From an uncultured cyanobacterium (GTDB taxonomy: Bacteria; Cyanobacteriota; Cyanobacteriia; Pseudanabaenales; Pseudanabaenaceae): DNA of 64,000 bases. The position numbers and the translations under genes are program-made. The stretch is from assembly GCA_963703315.1 (NCBI GenBank), contig OY969811.1, positions 3,584,001 through 3,648,000 of the forward strand. The letters are read 5' to 3'. Below, one piece after another: positions 58,697-64,000 of this stretch (position 1 is the stretch's first letter; every line of letters starts with the position of its first letter). The notes below the pieces were generated by a model. That model made no database searches. It had not been told where the DNA came from and saw nothing but the letters and a program-made list of their open reading frames with translations.

Positions 58697-59830
58697 ATGA
58701 AAGCCATGATTTTGGCTGCGGGTAAAGGTACTAGAATCCGCCCGATCACGAATATCATGCCTAAGCCCATGATCCCCATCATGCAAAAGCCCGTAATGGA
58801 GTTTTTAGTTGAGCTACTAAGACAACATGGCTTTGATCAGATCATGGTGAATGTGAGCCACTTGTCCGAAGAGATCGAAAACTATTTTCGTGATGGTCAA
58901 AAGTTTGGTGTACAAATGGCATATTCCTTTGAGGGAACCATTGTTGATGGCAAACTGCAAGGGAGTGCGCTTGGTTCGGCGGGCGGGCTGAAAAAAATTC
59001 AAGATTTTTCCCCATTTTTTGACGATACCTTTGTTGTGCTTTGCGGTGATGCGTTGATCGATCTCGATCTCACCTATGCTGTGAACTGGCATCGTCAGAA
59101 AAAGTCGATCGCTACGATTATTACGAAAACTGTTCCTAAAGATCAGGTGTCTAGCTATGGAGTAGTCGTTACTGACTCTGAAGGGAGAATCAAGCAGTTC
59201 CAAGAAAAGCCCAGTGTTGCCGAAGCCTTAAGTAATACGATTAATACAGGTATTTATATCTTCGAGCCAGAGATTTTTGATTATGTGCCGTCAGGCGTAG
59301 AGTTTGATCTTGGTAGTGATTTATTTCCTAAATTAGTTGCGGCGAATTTACCCTTCCATGCCATTTCGATGGACTTTCAATGGGTAGATATCGGGAAAGT
59401 CCCTGACTATTGGCAAGCAATTCAGGATGTACTAGTTGGCAAAGTTAAAAATGTGAATATTCCCGGTCATGAAGTTAAACCTGAAATTTATACAGGGCTA
59501 AATGTTTCTGTAAACTGGGATAAGGTGGATATTCGTGGACCTGTTTATATTGGTGGTATGACTCAAATTGAGGATGGCGCGACTATTATTGGTCCCACGA
59601 TGATTGGTCCCAATTGTCATGTTTGTAGTGGTGCTGTTGTTGAAAGGAGTGTGATTTTCGAGTATTCGCGTCTTTCGGATGTGCGTTTAGTCGATAAGTT
59701 GGTGTTTGGTCGTTATTGTGTTGATAAGACAGGAGCAACTATTGACTTGCAGGCAGCAGCACTAGATTGGTTAATCACCGATGCAAGACATCAGCAACAG
59801 TCACAATCTCCCCTAATTGCGTCAACATAA
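58697..59830 (+). CDS. NDP-sugar pyrophosphorylase (CugP-like UDP-glucose / mannose-1-P nucleotidyltransferase)
   Basis: MILAAGKGTRIRP...PKP, FQEKP, C-terminal hexapeptide repeats. Confidence 0.85.
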   Translation: MKAMILAAGKGTRIRPITNIMPKPMIPIMQKPVMEFLVELLRQHGFDQIMVNVSHLSEEIENYFRDGQKFGVQMAYSFEGTIVDGKLQGSALGSAGGLKKIQDFSPFFDDTFVVLCGDALIDLDLTYAVNWHRQKKSIATIITKTVPKDQVSSYGVVVTDSEGRIKQFQEKPSVAEALSNTINTGIYIFEPEIFDYVPSGVEFDLGSDLFPKLVAANLPFHAISMDFQWVDIGKVPDYWQAIQDVLVGKVKNVNIPGHEVKPEIYTGLNVSVNWDKVDIRGPVYIGGMTQIEDGATIIGPTMIGPNCHVCSGAVVERSVIFEYSRLSDVRLVDKLVFGRYCVDKTGATIDLQAAALDWLITDARHQQQSQSPLIAST

Positions 59831-59886
59831 CGCTTTGCGCTCAAACCTAAAACAAGAAAAGCAATGCTAAGCATTGCTTTTCTTGT

Positions 59887-61374
59887 TTATCTGCCCCGTA
59901 CTCGCATAAATTGATCGATGCCTCTAGCGATCGCCTCAGCCATTCGTTTCTGATAAGTGGGATTATTTAAATTTCGTGCCTCAGTAGGATTAGTGACAAA
60001 TCCAGTCTCCACTAACACTGCGGGCATCGAAGTTTTAGCAATCACATAAAAACCTGCGCCTCTAACGGAGCGATCAATTGCTCCTGTTCCCGATATGATC
60101 TGGGCATGAATGTAGCTCGCTAGTTCTCGACCTACTGTCGAGTTGCGGGAATGATAGGTTTCTACGCCACTAATGCCGCTATTTCCGGGGGCAAGAGCGT
60201 TAGCATGGATACTCACAAATACATCAGCATTGACTCTTTGGGCGGCTGCAACACGGGGTTCTAAATCAATTTCCACATCGTTGGTACGAGCGTAATAGAC
60301 GGTATAACCCATACTTTGTAGAGCTTGTCCTAAATTAAGACTGATTGGTAGAACTACATCTTTTTCGTATATTCCATTAGCTACAGCCCCTGGGTCACGT
60401 CCACCATGTCCTGCATCGACAAAGATCACTCCACGACGGCGATCGCCTGTATTCAGGGGAGGCTGTGTAACCGTATTGTTATTGGGTAAAGACGTTGGGT
60501 TGTTGGGCGAAGTACTATTTAAGGAAACCTGTAACTGAATTTGTTGATTATTAAAGCGTTGGGTTTCGCGGACTTGCCAACCTGCGATCGCCTTGATGTC
60601 AATTTCCACAGAAGTCCCCACTTGCGATAGCCGAATTCTTTCAATGGGGCTATTGGCAGCCAGACTAGGACGTTGCAAATTAGGTGAAATGATCGCATTC
60701 GCTACGGTTACTTTGTAGGTTCCAGAGGCAAAGTCAAAATTGGCTCGATAGTTGATGGGTTGATTAGCTTCGATAATCAGTTGTCCTGTATTACTAAAAC
60801 CTAGTCTCTGGATCGCCGTAGTTGTGGAAACCCCATTGCTGTTGACTGGTCTGGGAAGACTCAAGTTCGGATTGGGTGGATTAATTGGTATTGCTTGTGC
60901 AGTTTGAGATGCATTGGGGGTGAGTAATAGGGTTCTTGTGGCGGCAATATACTGACTTTGCCATGCAAATTTGCTATTCGGATCATTACTATCTAAATCA
61001 AAAACCAATCTAGCGGTCGCAGGATTAGTTTGAAATTGAGCAACCCTAACTTGTTTAATACCGAGTCGATTCATTGGCACGGTTGACTGGTGTAATGCTT
61101 GCGCCAAATTAGTATTTTGCAGATCGACAATCAAGCGATCAGGATTATCTTCCCGTTGAATCCGAATTACGGGATTAGCATTAACTGTCAACATCAAACC
61201 ATTTGTAGTAGGTCGGATACTGTTTAGCTGTACTGCACTGGATTGGCTAAAATTTGACTGTGCTGCCAACTGTTCAACTACGGGGCTGCCATAGCTAGTA
61301 GCCACAGTCATAATCATTCCAACTGCTAGTTGTCGATATCGCAAAGTAATTCTCCCGTGGGCATAAAGATCCAA
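59887..61374 (-). CDS. amiC: N-acetylmuramoyl-L-alanine amidase with AMIN domains (AmiC paralog)
   Basis: DAGHGG, SIHANA, LVETGF Amidase_3 motifs; start uncertain. Confidence 0.88.
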   Translation of the reverse strand: MDLYAHGRITLRYRQLAVGMIMTVATSYGSPVVEQLAAQSNFSQSSAVQLNSIRPTTNGLMLTVNANPVIRIQREDNPDRLIVDLQNTNLAQALHQSTVPMNRLGIKQVRVAQFQTNPATARLVFDLDSNDPNSKFAWQSQYIAATRTLLLTPNASQTAQAIPINPPNPNLSLPRPVNSNGVSTTTAIQRLGFSNTGQLIIEANQPINYRANFDFASGTYKVTVANAIISPNLQRPSLAANSPIERIRLSQVGTSVEIDIKAIAGWQVRETQRFNNQQIQLQVSLNSTSPNNPTSLPNNNTVTQPPLNTGDRRRGVIFVDAGHGGRDPGAVANGIYEKDVVLPISLNLGQALQSMGYTVYYARTNDVEIDLEPRVAAAQRVNADVFVSIHANALAPGNSGISGVETYHSRNSTVGRELASYIHAQIISGTGAIDRSVRGAGFYVIAKTSMPAVLVETGFVTNPTEARNLNNPTYQKRMAEAIARGIDQFMRVRGR

Positions 61375-61445
61375 AATATGAGCTATCGAACAGTTAGATT
61401 TCTAATGGATTGTTAATTTAGATCACTAGGACATATTTTAGATAT

Positions 61446-62945
61446 CTATCTTCGATAAGATTTTAAAAATTGATCTACCCCTCTGGCGATCGCTGCGGCC
61501 ATCTGCTCTTGATAAGCGCTATTGAGTAACTTGACAGCCTCCGATGGATTGGTAATAAACCCAGTCTCCACTAGAATTGCTGGCATCGAAGTATTAACAA
61601 TCACATGAAATCTAGCTGACCTCACACCACGATCAGTTGCACCTGTACTAGCAATAATTTGCTGATGTACTAATTCTGCAAGACTTTTACCCAAAGACGC
61701 ACTGGGCGCATAATAAGTTTCAACCCCACTCACCTGCGATGCATTGGCATCGAGGGAGTTAACATGAACACTGACGAAGGCACTAGCTCTGGCATTTTCC
61801 GCAATTTGCACTCTAGGCTCCAAATCAAGATCGATATCATCAGTGCGTGTATACACCACAGCATAACCCATTTGCTGTAATATCCTGCCTAGCTGCTTGC
61901 TCATCGCTAGTGTAATATTTTTTTCGTAGACTCCATTACGAGTTGCGCCTACATCTGGACCTCCATGCCCTGGGTCAATGACAACTATCTGACGACCTGT
62001 ACTATTGCTATAAATTTGTTGCGGTTGCGATCGCGGACTAGAGGGAAGATTCGCAACCTGACTCATACTATTTAACTGCAAGGCGATCGCCTGTGGATTG
62101 GTTCTAGCAGTTTCACTGATTTGCCAACCCCTAATCGTCTTAATACTAATCACAACCGCATCCCCTACTTGATTCAGGCGGATCTGCTCAATAGGACTAT
62201 TTGCCCCTAAGATCGGGCGGCGTAACTGGGATGCAATTCTGGTCGCAGGAATTGTGAAATTATAAGTATTATTGGCTAAATCAAGGCTACTACGATAATT
62301 GATTGCTCGACTTGCCTGAATCACGAGTTGACCATAGCCATTAAAGACTAAGCCATCAATTGTTGTCGGTAAATTATTTCCAGTATTTCCAGATACAGGT
62401 AACGAAGCTAAGGGCAAACTGGCAACTTGATTACTTCTGAGCGATGAATTAATTCCCGTCGGGCGTAGTAATAACAATCCACGAGTGGAATCAAAAGAAC
62501 TTTGCCAACTCTCAGTACCAGTATTATCCAGATCAAAAACCAATCGGGCGATCGCAGGCGACTTTTGAAATTGAGCTACTCTAATTTGTCTGACACCATA
62601 GCGATTTACAGGGACTACCGAGTTATGTAGCCATTGCGAAACTTCAGTTGCCTGTAAATCTAAAATAATGCGATCGGGATTAACGACCCTTGATGTACTG
62701 AATTGGGGATTACCATTGATCGTCAATACCAATCCATCAGGACTAACTTGGACATTCCGTAGTTGTAATACCTGTCCAGAAGATAATAGCTGGGCTTGTA
62801 GTCCCATATCATGTACTGGTGGATCAAGAGCGATTTTCGCCTTACTTTCCTGTACCAAAAAGGTGTTACCCAATAGGCATAGCAAAACACAGAGCGATCG
62901 CCTGTAATGTTGGTTGAGATGCTTCAAAACAAATACTCCCATCAA
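61446..62945 (-). CDS. amiC: N-acetylmuramoyl-L-alanine amidase with AMIN domains (AmiC paralog)
   Basis: DPGHGG, SVHVNS, LVETGF; same architecture as its neighbour. Confidence 0.88.
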   Translation of the reverse strand: MMGVFVLKHLNQHYRRSLCVLLCLLGNTFLVQESKAKIALDPPVHDMGLQAQLLSSGQVLQLRNVQVSPDGLVLTINGNPQFSTSRVVNPDRIILDLQATEVSQWLHNSVVPVNRYGVRQIRVAQFQKSPAIARLVFDLDNTGTESWQSSFDSTRGLLLLRPTGINSSLRSNQVASLPLASLPVSGNTGNNLPTTIDGLVFNGYGQLVIQASRAINYRSSLDLANNTYNFTIPATRIASQLRRPILGANSPIEQIRLNQVGDAVVISIKTIRGWQISETARTNPQAIALQLNSMSQVANLPSSPRSQPQQIYSNSTGRQIVVIDPGHGGPDVGATRNGVYEKNITLAMSKQLGRILQQMGYAVVYTRTDDIDLDLEPRVQIAENARASAFVSVHVNSLDANASQVSGVETYYAPSASLGKSLAELVHQQIIASTGATDRGVRSARFHVIVNTSMPAILVETGFITNPSEAVKLLNSAYQEQMAAAIARGVDQFLKSYRR

Positions 62946-62972
62946 CTTGACTAGAGCTTGCCAATCAAAACT

Positions 62973-63815
62973 TTAAGAAAGCGATTCTACAGGAGATAGG
63001 GAAACTTTTTCTACGAAAGGTAACTTTCCTAACCAACGCCTTGATACTTGAGCAAAGCGATCTGGATCGCCACTCACAAAAAATCTAGTCTCCGCACGAC
63101 CACAAAGGTTATCTGAACATCTTAAACCCATTAAATCTAACTCCTGACTCGCCGCCCTCACCACATAAGAAGCAGGATTTACCAAAGCCACATGGGAAGG
63201 CAAAATCTGCCGTAATACCCCAGATAAATGCGGATAATGCGTACAACCCAATACCAAAGTATCAATATTCGCCTCAATCAGGGGTTGTAAATATTGCTGT
63301 GCAACTTGCAATGTATAGGGGTCTTGAATGCGATCGGACTCAATCAAAGGTACAAACTCAGGGCAATCCACCTGAAAAACCTGTGCTTGCGGATCACTCT
63401 CACAAATTGCTCTTACATAAGCCTCACTTTTAACAGTCGCAGTCGTCGCAATTACCCCAATCCGTTTACCCTTGCCCACAGCCGCCCGCGCTCCTGGCAA
63501 AATCAAACCCAAAATCGGCAAATCAAAATCCTTTCGTACCACGTCCAAGGCTAAAGCCGAACTCGTATTACAAGCCATGATCGCCATCTTGACCTGTTCG
63601 GACTCCATCCAACGCAAAATCTCATAAACATACTCAATGATCTCGGCAGGCGATCGCTTGCCATAGGGTAAACGCGCTGTATCACCGAAATAAACCACCG
63701 ACTCATTAGGTAATTGGCGATGAACTTCTTGTAAAACCGTAAGTCCCCCAACCCCGCTATCAAAAACACCAATAGGGAACCGAGCTTCTTGCTGCAAAAC
63801 CATGCACATCCTCAC
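62973..63815 (-). CDS. murI: Glutamate racemase
   Basis: IGVFDSGVGGLTV, MACNTSS, LVLGCTHYP. Confidence 0.96.
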   Translation of the reverse strand: MRMCMVLQQEARFPIGVFDSGVGGLTVLQEVHRQLPNESVVYFGDTARLPYGKRSPAEIIEYVYEILRWMESEQVKMAIMACNTSSALALDVVRKDFDLPILGLILPGARAAVGKGKRIGVIATTATVKSEAYVRAICESDPQAQVFQVDCPEFVPLIESDRIQDPYTLQVAQQYLQPLIEANIDTLVLGCTHYPHLSGVLRQILPSHVALVNPASYVVRAASQELDLMGLRCSDNLCGRAETRFFVSGDPDRFAQVSRRWLGKLPFVEKVSLSPVESLS

Positions 63816-63959
63816 ACTTCACATGCATCACAGTAAAGCATATTTTTCTTAAAGTGAATATCAGCGTAACTAATTAACCTCAAACACAAGCACCCTAGAC
63901 ACTTATACTTTTTTATGAGGCAGCAATTCACCAAGCGATCGCTGTCTAAGTAAGTAGGG

Positions 63960-64000
63960 TAAGTAGGCACAATTAAATATAAAACCCTCAAATCTGCGGC
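63960..64000. mobile_element. Left end of a TAAGTAG-family MITE-like element, cut by the window edge
   Basis: TAAGTAGGCACAATTAAATATAAAACC resembles the reverse complement of 11450-11480. Confidence 0.55.

Overview
64 kb of a cyanobacterial chromosome. It carries form IB rbcLXS, apcABC, psaC, psbN/psbH and tandem amiC genes, and the HIP1 octamer GCGATCGC is very dense. A filamentous, Pseudanabaena-like host is inferred, not proven. Most of the window is housekeeping: ftsEX, RuBisCO, phosphoketolase, vipp1, lgt, dxr, desC, the OgdA/SsaD TCA shunt, dnaK, murI and two tRNAs. Two real small genes missing from the ORF track were read directly from the sequence: nblA, with a near-canonical NtcA promoter, and psbN. 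The accessory DNA is the most interesting part. (i) Between ftsX and rbcS there is an integron-like array of toxin-antitoxin cassettes, each separated by tandem ~30-bp repeats built on HIP1, with no integrase in the window. (ii) A 4.7-kb cyanobacteriochrome-diguanylate cyclase islet is bounded by a 60-bp duplication of the dnaK 3' end that terminates at a HIP1-like site. (iii) A P-loop ATPase is paired with a TPR protein that has a degenerate NTPase-like N-terminus. (iv) Two orphan antitoxins retain only the 3' stub of their toxin gene. (v) A 158-bp exact tandem duplication frameshifts a membrane-protein gene. (vi) Several families of REP/MITE-like palindromes occupy most intergenic spaces. 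No CRISPR array, rRNA, transposase or integrase was seen. All family assignments come from recognising motifs by eye; no searches were run.
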